Shown: in pieces, positions 1 to 18,152 of the stretch | Position numbering within the stretch: the stretch's first letter is position 1 | Layout of the letters: each line of letters opens with the position of its first letter | Origin: Macrostomum lignano | Lineage: Eukaryota | Assembly: GCA_002269645.1 (NCBI GenBank) | Contig: NIVC01000346.1 | Span: 124,001-188,000, forward strand | Length of the DNA stretch: 64,000 nucleotides | Reading direction: 5' to 3' | Notes under the pieces: generated by a model | Databases searched by the model: none | What the model was told of the DNA's origin: nothing | What the model saw: only the letters and a program-made list of their open reading frames with translations | Position numbers and translations under genes: made by a program

Positions 1-784
1 AAGGGCGTCTTATTGGTTCGAGAAGGTGTTCACGCGTGCGCATGTGCACAATATCTATTTATTATTTACTCAAGTTTACTATACTTAATTCATTATAGGT
101 GAGAAAATTACACACACAATCTGTGCAAGGCCTAATAATCTTCAAGGTGCTCTATAGCAATTATAGGTATTTACCCCCACCCCTTCCCTGATCGTTTAGA
201 TTTTTATACTATATATTAGATAAGATAGAGTGCCCTATCTGTTAATTCGTTTATGTTTGTCCATTAATTTGCGAGTTTTCTGAGTCGCAACCATTCCCAA
301 AGCTGGACTCACGCAGGGCGCCTCGCGTGCTCCAAATCTAGCTGGCTAACTAATAGGTGTTAAAACCGCCATCCTCTTTAGAGCTTTAGAGCCGGGCATT
401 CACGCTTTATATCTGATGCTTTATCTGACTCGCCCGCATTTGTTTAAACTTTTGCGTCTACCTTCAGACACTTTAATTGACAATATATTTATATATATAA
501 AACTTTTCGATACAATGGTCAGCTATAAGGCAAGGGTATAGCCAACCCTCTGAACAATGGGATGATGGCCCAAGCCTATAAAATCTCTTGATTTACAATT
601 CAACCTGACGTTGTGAATTCGAAGGCTAAATCGTGTATATTCGAATTTTGTTGTGACTTTTCGAGAGTATTATTAGATAAAGAGCTCATATATAGTGGGG
701 ATGGATGTTAAAGTTTGTATTGTTTGCATCACGGGGGGATACTGCCAGAGCATACTGGTTTGTCTCACCCTGACACAAGCGCTT

Positions 785-1100
785 TTATTTAATGTTGGGG
801 GGCCTTGTGGCGCCCTTTTAAAGTTTGCTGACTGTGGCGAGAGTCATTGCTGCCCATTCCGCCGACTCCCCTGAGCAGGCACACAAGCGTGCGGATACGT
901 ACGCAGTCATACGCACAGGCACACACTCACACATGACTCAAGGCATGTACACTTCACTGTGCCTTGGGGGGTTGGCTTTTAATTGCACGAGCAGAGCCAA
1001 GCCGAGATTCCAATTCAGCCCCAAATTAATGTGACTGCACTTGGAATCGAGCCTGGGCCGCTGGCACATCAGGGCGCCGCGCTGGACCACTCAAAGGGAC
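785..1100 (-). mobile_element. tRNA-headed SINE-like repeat, family B (copy 1)
   Basis: Minus strand reads GAGTGGTCCAGCGCG (A-box-like) then GGCTCGATTCC (B-box-like). The body matches 53395-53710 (+) and 49935-50103 (-). Confidence 0.6.
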
Positions 1101-1595
1101 CCCCGCGTCTGGTAATTTGTAGCGCAATTCGAAGATGTTTTGTGGTGATGTGCAATTACAGCTGGGAGTCAATCAGACAGAGATTTCAAGCCATTAAAAT
1201 GCGATGTCATTGGAGTTCCAGTCCAAGTGTAGCAAAACACCAATAGCAGTCCTTGTTCGGCAGAAAAACAATTAATAAAACACGGCGGCGCGCATTTTTG
1301 GTCAGCACCGGATGCAGGCAATCAATATCGAGTCTTTAGCCGGCAATTTACAGTCTGGTTATAAATAAATGAGCCATTTTTATTCCCGCAATTATGATAT
1401 GCTGAACTCGCAATAAAATTAAGAACCCAGGCAAAACGTTTAAGCCATATAAGTAAATATAGATACGTCACGCTTTGTTACTTCGCTGTAAATATGATAT
1501 TTTTTGTACTACAGCTTCAAAAGGTTTTGCGACTTGTTCAGGGACTGCTTACACATACCATGGAATAGAGAAAAGAATAGGTTTTTTATAGAAAG

Positions 1596-1906
<311 letters not shown>

Positions 1907-2536
1907 GGAGCTATTTCCAATCTCGCTCCCCAGTCCAGAGCGGTGCTGCCGGGGTCCCTGTCTGTGCCGTCCCAATGCCACAAGAAGTCACAAGTGACAG
2001 ATAAATAGCACTGAACTTCCGCTCCAGCCACCGGCCTGATTTGCATCACAATCGAAGTTGCTCTGGGAGCGACTCCAAGTGTCGCGGAGCGGCGTTTTAA
2101 AAGAATCAACGGAAATCAAAAGCGCAGCCAGAAAGGAAACGGAGAAGCCGAGTTTTGCGACAGGGTCCTGTAGAGGGTGGAGGCAAGCAGGGTTGGACTC
2201 GACCCCAAGAGGAGCACGTGGCCTTTTTATAATTTATTTTTCTAAATCGGTCATTCCTTCGAATTCGGTGTAAAAACCTTAACCTCATCTGTGTCGGATC
2301 ACATAAGTTATACGAATTCAGGCTCTATGTGTGATATGCTTGATTGAGCTCGCTCAGAACCATGGCGTCATGTATGAGATTGAACAACAAATTCCTTGGC
2401 CTGGGGGTCAACGCTCAGTCCAGTTGACTGACCAATCTTAATTGAAATCTGTTAGAATTTCTTGTGGCATGCGTTATAATTAGACTTTTGAAAACTTATG
2501 AATACAAGTCTTGATTTGACTAAAACTTTTTTCCTC

Positions 2537-4257
2537 TGTGTCAGATATCTTCTGTGTCAGATGTTTTCTGTGTCAGATATCTTCTGTGTCAGATGTTTTC
2601 TGTGTCAGATATCTTCTGTGTCAGATGTTTTCTGTGTCAGATATCTTCAGTGTCAGATGTTTTCTGTGTCAGATATCTTCTGTGTCAGATGTTTTCTGTG
2701 TCAGATATCTTCAGTGTCAGATGTCTTCTGTGTCAGATATCTTCTGTGTCAGATATCTTCTGTGTCAGATGTCTTCTGTGTTAGATATCTTCTGTGTCAG
2801 ATGTCTTCTGTGTCAGATGTCTTCTGTGTCAGATATCTTCTGTGTCAGATGTCTTCTGTGTCAGATATCTTCTGTGTCAGATGTCTTCTGTGTCAGATGT
2901 CTTCGGTGTCAGATATCTTCTGTGGTCAGATAGTGAGGTATCTTCTGTGTCAGATGTCTTCTGTGTCAGATGTCTTCTGTGTCAGATATCTTCTGTGTCA
3001 GATGTCTTCTGTGTCAGATGTCTTCTGTGTCAGATGTCTTCTGTGTCAGATGTCTTCTGTGTCAGATATCTTCTGTGTCAGATGTCTTCTGTGTCAGATA
3101 TCTTCTGTGTCAGATGTCTTCTGTGTCAGATGTCTTCGGTGTCAGATATCTTCTGTGGTCAGATAGTGAGGTATCTTCTGTGTCAGATGTCTTCTGTGTC
3201 AGATGTCTTCTGTGTCAGATATCTTCTGTGTCAGATGTCTTCTGTGTCAGATGTCTTCGGTGTCAGATATCTTCTGTGGTCAGATAGTGAGGTATCTTCT
3301 GTGTCAGATGTCTTCTGTGTCAGATGTCTTCTGTGTCAGATATCTTCTGTGTCAGATGTCTTCTGTGTCAGATGTCTTCGGTGTCAGATGTCTTCTGTGG
3401 TCAGATAGTGAGGTATCTTCTGTGTCAGATGTCTTCTGTGTCAGATATCTTCGGTGTCAGATATCTTCTGTGTCAGATGTCTTCTGTGTCAGATGTCTTC
3501 TGTGTCAGATGTCTTCGGTGTCAGATATCTTCTGTGTCAGATGTCTTCGGTGTCAGATGTCTTCGGTGTCAGATATCTTCTGTGTCAGATATCTTCTGTG
3601 TCAGATGTCTTCTGTGTCTGATGTCTTCGGTGTCAGATATCTTCTGTGTCAGATGTCTTCTGTGTCAGATGTCTTCGGTGTCAGATATCTTCTGTGTCAG
3701 ATGTCTTCTGTGTCAGATGTCTTCTGTGTCAGATGTCTTCGGTGTCAGATATCTTCTGTGTCAGATGTCTTCTGTGTCAGATGTCTTCGGTGTCAGATAT
3801 CTTCTGTGTCAGATGTCTTCTGTGTCAGATGTCTTCGGTGTCAGATATCTTCTGTGTCAGATATCTTCTGTGTCAGATGTCTTCTGTGTCAGATGTCTTC
3901 GGTGTCAGATATCTTCTGTGTCAGATGTCTTCGGTGTCAGATATCTTCTGTGTCAGATATCTTCTGTGTCAGATGTCTTCGGTGTCAGATGTCTTCTGTG
4001 TCAGATGTCTCTGTGTCAGATATCTTCTGTGTCAGATATCTTCTGTGTCAGATGTCTTCTGTGTCAGATATCTTCTGTGTCAGATATCTTCTGTGTCAGA
4101 TATCTTCTGTGTCAGATATCTTCTGTGTCAGATATCTTCTGTGTCAGATATCTTCTGTGTCAGATATCTCCTGTACCAGATGTTCTTCTGTGTCAGATAT
4201 CTCCTGTACCAGATGTTCTTCTGTGTCAGATATCTCCTGTACCAGATGTTCTTCTGT
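2537..4257 (+). repeat. 16-bp minisatellite TCTTCTGTGTCAGA(T)(A/G) with higher-order variants
   Basis: About 100 tandem units. The variant TGTGGTCAGATAGTGAGGTA recurs near 2922, 3156, 3276 and 3397. Confidence 0.97.
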
Positions 4258-5094
4258 CAAACAGTCGTTAACAAACAATTTTCACCATCTAAGTTATCTT
4301 CTACAAAACACACCTGGCTAAAAGATTTAAACAAAAATATTATACAATGCAAAAGCGTTTGTGTTGCTGGGCCAAAGGACAAGTCAGCCAACCTTGGACT
4401 CAAAATTAATTTGGGACACCATCAGATGAAAAAAAACAGATTATAAATGATCAATTCTCAAGTCACAGCAATGAGGCTGACTGTTGTAAATTAAAAAAAT
4501 AAATGTTTTTCTAATCCTAACCTATGTTACTCTTAGGTCACCATGGTAACTTTGAGCGCGCTGTTTTCTTAACTTTCTAACTCCTAATATTTTATATTCA
4601 TTCAGAAGTTCCTAGCTCGCATGTTCATACCCCTGCCCGTCATGACGTCATGTTTGATATGAAACTGTGTCGCACATAGCAGACACAGCACCCTCAGGCC
4701 CCCATGTATAACCATTGCAAAGTAAGCGTTATTTTTATGACTGCCTAAGCTCTAACGAATTTGATTTATTACTTTGAAAAAGTATGAAATCAGTTATGGT
4801 TTTAGAATTGAGGCCTGCATTTTGTCAGTCAGTTAATTGTGGTTTTACCTGTCTGTGTCAAGTCAAATATTATAAAGCCGCGGTCAGGGGTTCGAGTCAC
4901 GCTTCGCTCAGTTGCAGTTCACGCCTTGTATATATTTACAAACACACACACACACAGCACTTTGGCCTGGCCTTCGCCTTTCCAATGTTGGGTCACCTCT
5001 TTGTATAGACAAATAAATTATTGCGCTGTTTGACAGGTCTTCAATGGAGAGGGGGGCTTTTATGCTATTTTACCTGATTAAAATGATAGTTTAC

Positions 5095-5890
5095 AGCTTG
5101 TTTTGAGGGGAATTTCTCCTTTGTTTGGAGTGGAATTTCTCACTTGCTCTAAGGGGAATCTCTCACTGGTTTTGAGGGGAATTTCTCACTTGTTTTGAGG
5201 GGAATATCAATGCTTGTATGCTTGTTTTAAGGGGACTTTCTCGTTTGTTTTGAGAAGAATTTCTCAGTTGTTTTGAGGGGACTTTCTCGTTTGTTTTGAG
5301 AAGAATTTCTCAGTTGTTTTGAGGGGAATTTCTCACTTGTTTTGAGGGGAATATCAATGCTTGTATGCTTGTTTTAAGGGGACTTTCTCGTTTGTTTTGA
5401 GGAGAATTTCTCAGTTGTTTTGAGGGGACTTTCTCGCTTGTTTTGAGGGAATTTCTCGCTTGTTTTGAGGGAATTTCTCGCTTGTTTTGAGGGAATTTCA
5501 AGCTTGTTTTGAGGAGAGTTTCTCGGTTGTTTTGAGGGGAATTTCTCGATTTTTTTGGGGGAATTTCTCGCTTGTTTTGAGGGGACTTTCTCGCTTGTTT
5601 TGAGGGAATTTCTCGCTTGTTTTGAGGGAATTTCTCGCTTGTTTTGAGGGAATTTCTCGCTTGTTTTGAGGGAATTTCTCGCTTGTTTTGAGGGAATTTC
5701 TCGCTTGTTTTGAGGGAATTTCTCGCTTGTTTTGAGGGGACTTTTTTGCTTATTTTGATAAGAATTTCAAGCTTGTTTTGAGGGGAGTTTCTCGGTTGTT
5801 TTGAGGGGAATTTCTCGATTGTTTTGAGGGGAATTTCTGGCTTGCTTTGACGGATCTTGGGGGAATGTCTCGTTTGTTTTGAGGGGAAGT
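5095..5890 (+). repeat. 22-23-bp minisatellite TTGTTTTGAGGG(G)AATTTCTCGC
   Basis: Tandem degenerate units visible directly. Confidence 0.93.
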
Positions 5891-6302
5891 TCAGGTTCTA
5901 TAGAGAAAAAATCTCTACCTTGATGAAAAGACTTGTTGCTGCATGAACTGCCGCATCAATGGACAGGTAAAACAGAAAATCACCCCAGTTGGCTTGCAAA
6001 TGATTAATTTAATTGCTTTACCTATTTTTGAATGATGCGCTTTATCTAATGCAGTTTTTAATTCTGTGCAAGGATAAATTTCCTCATCAATCAGATAGTC
6101 ATGATGCCAGCCATGGATATCCCACTTCAATTGCACCCCGGTATAGAGCAGGGATGTCACATTTTTGTGGGAAATGGAAAATATTTCTTCCTCTGTATAG
6201 CGATAGCTGTTGGGTGATAGACAATTTGAAGGAATGTGCTTAGCGTCTCAAAGCTCTCTGCCTTCTTAAGTTCTATATACAAATGGGAGATTAGCCTTAT
6301 TG

Positions 6303-7060
6303 GATATCTGACACAGAATATATCTCTCACAGAAGACATCTGACACAGAAGATATCTGACACAGAAGACATCTGACACAGAAGACATCTGACACAGAATA
6401 TATCTCTCACAGAAGACATCTGACACAGAAGATATCTGACACAGAAGACATCTGACACAGAAGACATCTGACACAGAATATATCTCTCACAGAAGACATC
6501 TGACACAGAAGATATCTGACACAGAAGATATCTGACACAGAAGACACCTGACACAGAATATATCTGACACAGAAGACATCTGACACAGAATATATCTGAC
6601 ACAGAAGATATCTGACACAGAAGATATCTGAAACAGAAGACATCTGACACAGAAGATATCTGACACAGAAGATATCTGACACAGAAGATATCTGACACAG
6701 AAGATATCTGACACAGAAGATATCTGAAACAGAAGACATCTGACACAGAAGATATCTGACACAGAAGATATCTGACACAGAAGATATCTGACACAGAATA
6801 TATCTGACACAGAAGATATCTGACACAGAAGACATCTGACACAGAATATATCTGACACAGAAGATATCTGACACCGAAGACATCTGACACAGAAGATATC
6901 TGACACAGAAGACATCTGACACAGAATATATCTGACACAGAAGATATCTGACACCGAAGACATCTGACACAGAAGATATCTCTCACAGAAGACATCTGAC
7001 ACAGAAGACATCTGACACAGAAGACATCTGACACAGAAGATATCTGACACAGAAGATTAT
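6303..7060 (-). repeat. 16-bp minisatellite, inverted copy of the 2537-4257 array
   Basis: The unit TCTGACACAGAAGA(T/C)A is the reverse complement of the first array's unit. Confidence 0.97.
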
Positions 7061-7413
7061 TTGAGTCTGACATGAGATATTAACAGCTAGAAGTTCACCT
7101 CAGGGCCCTGCCGCCTTCCCATCCTTCCTCCCCGCCCAGGTCCTGTCATTGGCTGTGGAATTCTTTAGCATAGGGCCCACAGGCCGCCCAATAGGACCGG
7201 TCCGTGGGCCGCTCCGGCAGTGGGGGGTCTGGGGTGGCTGAGGGAGGGTGGAGGGACTTAGTCAGGGGCGCCCCGCCAGACTGCCTGTCGCCAGTTAAAA
7301 TTCAGACACCCACAAGCCCCGAAGCAAGTAGCGAGAGAGCTGGAGAGACACAGGAGAAAATCTTTAATTATCTTATAAAGATTGCAATTTGAACTTGCAC
7401 TCAAAACTGACTA

Positions 7414-11466
<4,053 letters not shown>

Positions 11467-12109
11467 TATGAAATACACCACGCAATCAAATTGATTATGA
11501 ATTGAACTTTAAACAAGCGCGAACTAAAAACAGTTTTAGTTACCATGGTGACTCCATGTTGGCTGGAGAGTTGTCGTTTTTTCGTACACAGATCACCGTA
11601 ATCTCCTGTTTTCTCTTTCTATGAAACTCATAGCCTGTTTATGTATAAATCTGTTCTAAATTGATTCCATATCAATTATTGCCTTATAGCATAGCATGTC
11701 TGTCTGTCTGGCTGAGAATAGAAAAATTCTCTAATATTTATATCGCCAGCAAGTTTGGCCCTGTCGTCTGTTATCGTTTCTGATCTGATGTGTCCGACAG
11801 GTAATAACCGGATTTTATCTTGAATCTCTCAACTGTATATACTTTCATAAGTCTTAATTATTCTATGAAATACTTTTATTCGTCTCATTGTAAACTCTGT
11901 TTCTATCTCAGCAGGACAAGTTGTTTTTGCTTCGTAAAAAAAGACAAGAAAATATTTGCCAGTTTGTTCAGTTTGAAATAAAAGCAATTCAAATCTGCCT
12001 TTGCCAACTTATACTGCCATTTCTTACTCTATCAAAGCAAACCCGGCATTCTGTGGCTTTTGTTTTACTTTTTTATTCAATTTTAACTAGAGACAGAAAA
12101 CAAGAAACA

Positions 12110-12635
<526 letters not shown>

Positions 12636-13144
12636 CGGGAGCCCGCAGACTACACACCACTCAGAGCAAACGGCTCCGCAGAAAATGTTTTGCAAGACAA
12701 CAATACGGAAATGAAATTTCGCACGCCAGCAGCAAATAAAACACGGATATTCCCCAAAGAAGTATTTAGGGGCTCCTGTTCGCAGCTCTGAAGCCTCCGT
12801 CAGTTGCCGATGCGGACTGGAACCTGACACCGCATAAAATTAGCATCTCGCACGGCTGCAATTCTGCAGATTGCATGCGATTAGATTAGCGTGTGAAGAA
12901 ACTCGTTTTGAATATTTTGTTGAGTTTCCGTCGGCCATCGCTCATATTTAATACCCTGTTGCGAGCGAGTCCATTGTTAATCCGTTAGAGGGTTCGCGCA
13001 GACGGATTAATAAAACCTGCGGCTAGGATCAAAGAAATCCCAGAGTGTGGGATTTGGACACGATCGCAAACCAGCTTAAATTGTTGCCATTGCTTTTTTA
13101 CAATTCTGGTCTGAACAGTAGTGCGGCTGAAAAAAATGGAAATC

Positions 13145-13810
13145 TCACCCTCCTTTCGTCTCTAATTTCATCCTACTCCTGTCTCTAATCTCACCGTACT
13201 CCCGTCTCTAATCTCACCCTACTTCTGTCTCTAGTCTCACCCTACTTTTGTCTTTAATCTCACCCTCTTTCTGTCTCTAGTCTCACCCTACTTTTGTCTC
13301 CATTCTCACCCTACTTCTGTCTCTAGTCTCACCCTACTTTTGTGTCTAATCTCACTATATTCCCATCTCTAATCTCACCCTACTTCTGTCTCTAGTCTCA
13401 CCCTACTTTTGTCTTTAATCTCACCCTCTTTCTGTCTCTAGTCTCACCCTACTTTTGTCTCCATTCTCACCCTACTTCTGTCTCTAGTCTCACCCTACTT
13501 TTGTGTCTAATCTCACTATATTCCCATCTCTAATCTCACCCTACTCCTGTCTCTTATATCACCCTACTCCTGGCTATAATCTAACCCTACTATCGTCTAT
13601 AATCTCACCCTACTCCAGTCTCTAATCTCAACCTCCTGAATCTAATCTTATTCTGCTCCCGTTTCAAAATTCATTATTTTCTTGTCTCTAATCGCACCCT
13701 CTTCCCGACTCTAATCTCACCTTCTCCCATCTTCATCTCGCCCTCGTGAATCTGATCTTACATCCTCGCGTCTCTAATCTCAACTATTCTCATCTCTAAT
13801 CTCAGACAAC
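13145..13810 (+). repeat. About 20-bp minisatellite TCTAATCTCACCCTACTTCTG
   Basis: Tandem degenerate units. Confidence 0.9.
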
Positions 13811-14559
13811 TCCAATACCTGAATTACTCCAATTATTTTGCGTCTCACATTCCCCCAATGGCCTTGAATTTTTAAGCAACACATTTAGCTGACACAAAAT
13901 AAGCAAAAGTCAAATAAATTTCCATCTCTAATATTTCACTGACACCTAATAAATTACCGCGTCGATTTCATTTCATTTTTTCAAGCAAATTTTACTCTCA
14001 AGTATCAACACAAAATTCCCTCTTCGGCATGGAGTTGCAATAATTTATCGTCAGCATTCCCTGATAAGATGTGATGAGGAGACAATTCCCCTCTCTTTTG
14101 AATAAAACTGCTGCTGCAGTTACCGGCATGGTTTGGGGGGGGGCTTATTTTTTAATCACATCAGCGCGCCAAAAACGCACACCGCCCCCCCTCCCCAATA
14201 GCATGGCCAAATCAATAATTCACACCTTCATCTGGGTAATTATCTGGGGCCTTTCACACTGCCGACTCCGGCACTGACACATCCTGAATGGAAGCAAGCC
14301 AGCGCACACAGCCCTGTGGGCACACGGGAGCGTGACAATCCGACTGGATCCCGTTCGCTAATCTGGGTCAGTCTTTTTTCCTAAAACTTCCCAACCAGAT
14401 GAAGATCCCCGTTTGAGTCTGCGGTCTAATAGGAGATGATTTATAACCCAATATGGATTTTGTCTCTCTTTTCTAAGTGTTAGAGAAAGTTATTGTTGTC
14501 ATATTCATTGTTTGTTTCAGGAGACAGACCTTAGAGGCTGGAGGGTGAGATTAAAAACA

Positions 14560-15285
14560 CTAGAGAAATTAGCATGAGATTAGATACAGTAGAGTGAGAT
14601 TTGATGCAGTAGGGTGAGATTAGATAGGGTTAGGTGAGATTAGATAGGGTTGGGCGAGATTAGATACAGTAGGGTGAGATTAGATAGGTTGGGTGAGATG
14701 CGAGTCAAAATAATGAGATAAAAGAGATTGCTGAGATTAGAGAGAGTTTGGTGAGATTAGAGATTGTATAGCGATATTAAAAACAGTAAGGTGAGATTAA
14801 AAACAGTAGGGTTAGACTAGAGTAAAAAGAGTGACATTAGAAATAGTAGGGTGAGAGTAGGCAATAGTAAATGATATTAGAGAATGATAAGTGAGATTAG
14901 AGAATCATAAGTGAGATTAGAGAATGATAAGTGAGATTAGAGAATCATAAGTGAGATTAGAGAATGATAAGTGAGATTAGAGAATCATAAGTGAGATTAG
15001 AGAATGATAAGTGAGATTAGAGAATCATAAGTGAGATTAGATAATGATAAGTGAGATTAGAGAATGATAAGTGAGATTAGAGAATGATGAGTGAGATTAG
15101 AGAATTATAAGTGAGATTAGAGAATATCAAGTGAGATTAGAGAATGGTAAGTGAGATTAGAGAATGATAAGTGAGATTAGAGAATGATAAGTGAGATTAG
15201 AGAATGATAAGTGAGATTAGAGAATGATAAGTGAGATTAGAGAATGGTAAGTGAGATTAGAGAATGGTAAGTGAGATTAGGATGA
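14560..15285 (+). repeat. 20-bp minisatellite AGTGAGATTAGAGAATGATA (inverse orientation of the 13145 family core)
   Basis: The core GTGAGATTAGA is the reverse complement of TCTAATCTCAC. Confidence 0.92.
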
Positions 15286-15782
15286 AATTATATTTTCTGG
15301 AGGATGAGCGAGCCTCCATCCACCACTGATAAACAACCAAAACAATATTGATAACCAAGGCAGATGCAGTGGAAGGCAGTTGACTCAGCATTTCGGATTA
15401 GCGATTTATTACAATATTCCCAATTTTTCAGACAGTGATTAAGAGACTCAGATGAGGAAAAAATTAAAACAATGGATGACAAAACAGTTAATAAGCTGAA
15501 TTCTTCCGCAGACGAGCAAATATTTTCACTCACTAATTGAAGATATCAATTATATCTGAATCCGGGCCCCGCGCGCGGCAATTGAGACAATCCTGTCTAT
15601 TAGTTTAATTGGCCCCGTATTGATCTCGATTGCCAGCAAATTTAGGTGTGAAAAAGCTAATTAAACACGGGAACAAAGGTTTCTAACTGGCATCGTTTGG
15701 GTTAATCAGTTTTATGGCTTCCGGCCGGGTTAGCTCGTATGAAGCACACAAGGGTGATGATACTCAATGCTTTTCTTGATGA

Positions 15783-16535
15783 GCTATAGGGGGCGCTATT
15801 TCTGTGCTACAGGGGGCGCCGTTTCTGTGCTACAGGGGGCGCCATTTTTGTGCTACAGGGGGCGCCATTTCTGTGCTACAGGGGGCGCCGTTTCTGTGCT
15901 ACAGGGGGCGCCGTTTCTGTGCTACAGGGGGCGCCGTTTCTGTGCTACAGGGGGCGCGATTTCTGTGCTACAGGGGGCGCCGTTTCTGTGCTACAGGGGG
16001 CGCCATTTCTGTGCTATAGGGGGCGCCATTTGTGTGATATAGGGGGCACCATTTGTGTGCTATAGGGGGCGCCATTTGTGTGATATAGGGGGCGACATTT
16101 CTGTGCTACAGGGGGCGCCATTTCTGTGCTATAGGGGGCGCCGTTTCGGTGCTACAGGGGGCGCCATTTCTGTGCTACATGGGGCGCCATTTCTGTGCTA
16201 TAGGGGGCGCCGTTTCTGTGCTACAGGGGGCGCCGTTTCTGTGCTACAGGGGGCGCCGTTTCTGTGCTACAGGGGGCGCCATTTCTGTGCTACAGGGGGC
16301 GCCGTTTCTGTGCTACAGGGGGCGCCATTTCTGTGCTACAGGGGGCGCCGTTTCTGTGCTACAGGGGGCGCCGTTTCTGTGCTATAGGGGGCGCCGTTTC
16401 TGTGCTACAGGGGGCGCCGTTTCTGCGCTATAGGGGGCGCCGTTTCTGCGCTACAGGGGGCGCCGTTTCTGTGCTGCAGGGGGCGCCGTTTCTGTGCTAC
16501 AGGGGGCGCCGTTTCTGTGCTACAGGGGGCGCCAT
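15783..16535 (+). repeat. 23-bp minisatellite GTGCTACAGGGGGCGCCGTTTCT
   Basis: About 32 tandem units. Confidence 0.96.
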
Positions 16536-17369
16536 TTTGAATACATTAAATTTGAGCGCTTGGTAGGCGAAGATTTTGGTTTCGAAAAACCATTTTTGAG
16601 TGTCAGGCGCTAATTACTCGTATTGTGTCAGACTCGGCGCCATTTTGAGTGTCAGACGGGGCGCCACTTTAAGTGTCAGGTGGGCGCCAATTTCGACCTC
16701 AAACTGAGACAAAACTTAACTTGCTAATCTCTACGAGTATCAAGAGTGTTGAGTAGGCATTTCAATTTAGAGGCCGGCTGCATGAGAACAACAGAAAAGC
16801 AACTGTGGAGACCCGATCTGCCGTGTCAGATTCAGCAGCTTCAAGGTGGCCGAGATTAGTGAGTGACTCAAACAAAAATGTTTGCGCATGCCATCTCTCT
16901 CTCTCTCTCTCCTCGCTCCCTTTGAGCAGCTCAGGGCGTTACAAAAAGAAGACACACACACGAACACGAATGCAATACAAGCAGCAGGGACCTCTCGCAA
17001 AAGGTAGGTATAAATATATGAAAACAGCCACAGCTCTCCAAGTTGTTCAACACAGCACAATGCAACCAGTGCGGACTATGATAGCTTTAGAAAAGCATTC
17101 TTCTATTGTCAGGGGGGGGGATAGGCTTTGATAATCTCTAAGGTGGGGTTCTCTTAAAGTTTATTTTTGTATAGCGAAATAACTTTGTTTTTACAATCCT
17201 TCGGATTCGACTGAGATTGTTTGCACACGCCATGGATGCCTTGAGCCAAGAGTCTGGACTGGACTTCCAAATGAACATGCACTAAATAAATCTGAATATT
17301 AATATTTATGAATATTAAATATTGTTACAGACATTTCAACACTATGAGCAAATTTTGGGGAGCCTAGTG

Positions 17370-18152
17370 CTGGCGCCCCTTGGTGCTGGTGCCCCTTGGT
17401 ACTGGCGCCCCTTGGTACTGGTGCCCCTTCGTGCTGGCGCCCCTTGGTACTGGCGCCCCTGGTGCTGGCGCCCCTTGGTGCTGGCGCCCCTGGTGCTGGC
17501 GCCCCTGGTGCTGGCGCCCCTGGTACTGGTGCCCCTTGGTGCTGGCGCCTCTTGGTGCTGGCGCCCCTTGGTACTGGCGCCCCTGGTGCTGGCGCCCCTG
17601 GTGCTGGCGCCCCTGGTGCTGGCGCCCCTTGGTGCTGGCGCCCCTTGGTACTGGCGCCCCTGGTACTAAAGCCCCTTGGTGCTTAAGCCCCTTGGTGCTG
17701 GCGCCCCTGGTGCTGGTGCCCCTTGGTGTTGGCGCCCCTTGGTGCTGGCGCCCCTTGGTGCTGGCGCCCCTTGGTGCTGGCGCCCCTGGTACTAAAGCCC
17801 CTTGGTGCTTAAGCCCCTTGGTGCTTAAGCCCCTTGGTGCTGGCGCCCCTGGTGCTGGTGCCCCTTGGTGCTGGCGCCCCTTGGTGCTGGCGCCCCTTGG
17901 TGCTGGCGCCCCTTGGTGCTGGCGCCCCTTGGTGCTGGCGCCCCTTGGTGCTGGCGCCCCTTGGTGCTGGCGCCCCTTGGTGCTGGCGCCCCTTGGTGCT
18001 GGCGCCCCTTGGTGCTGGCGCCCCTTGGTACTGGCGCCCCTGGTACTAAAGCCCCTTGGTGCTAAAGCTCCTTGGTGCTGGCGCCCCTGGTGCTGGTGCC
18101 CCTTGGTGCTGGCGCCCCTTGGTGCTGGCGCCCCTTGGTGCTGGCGCCCCTG
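17370..18152 (+). repeat. 15/16-bp minisatellite GGTGCTGGCGCCCCT(T)
   Basis: About 50 units; same family as 51245-51930 in the opposite orientation. Confidence 0.96.
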
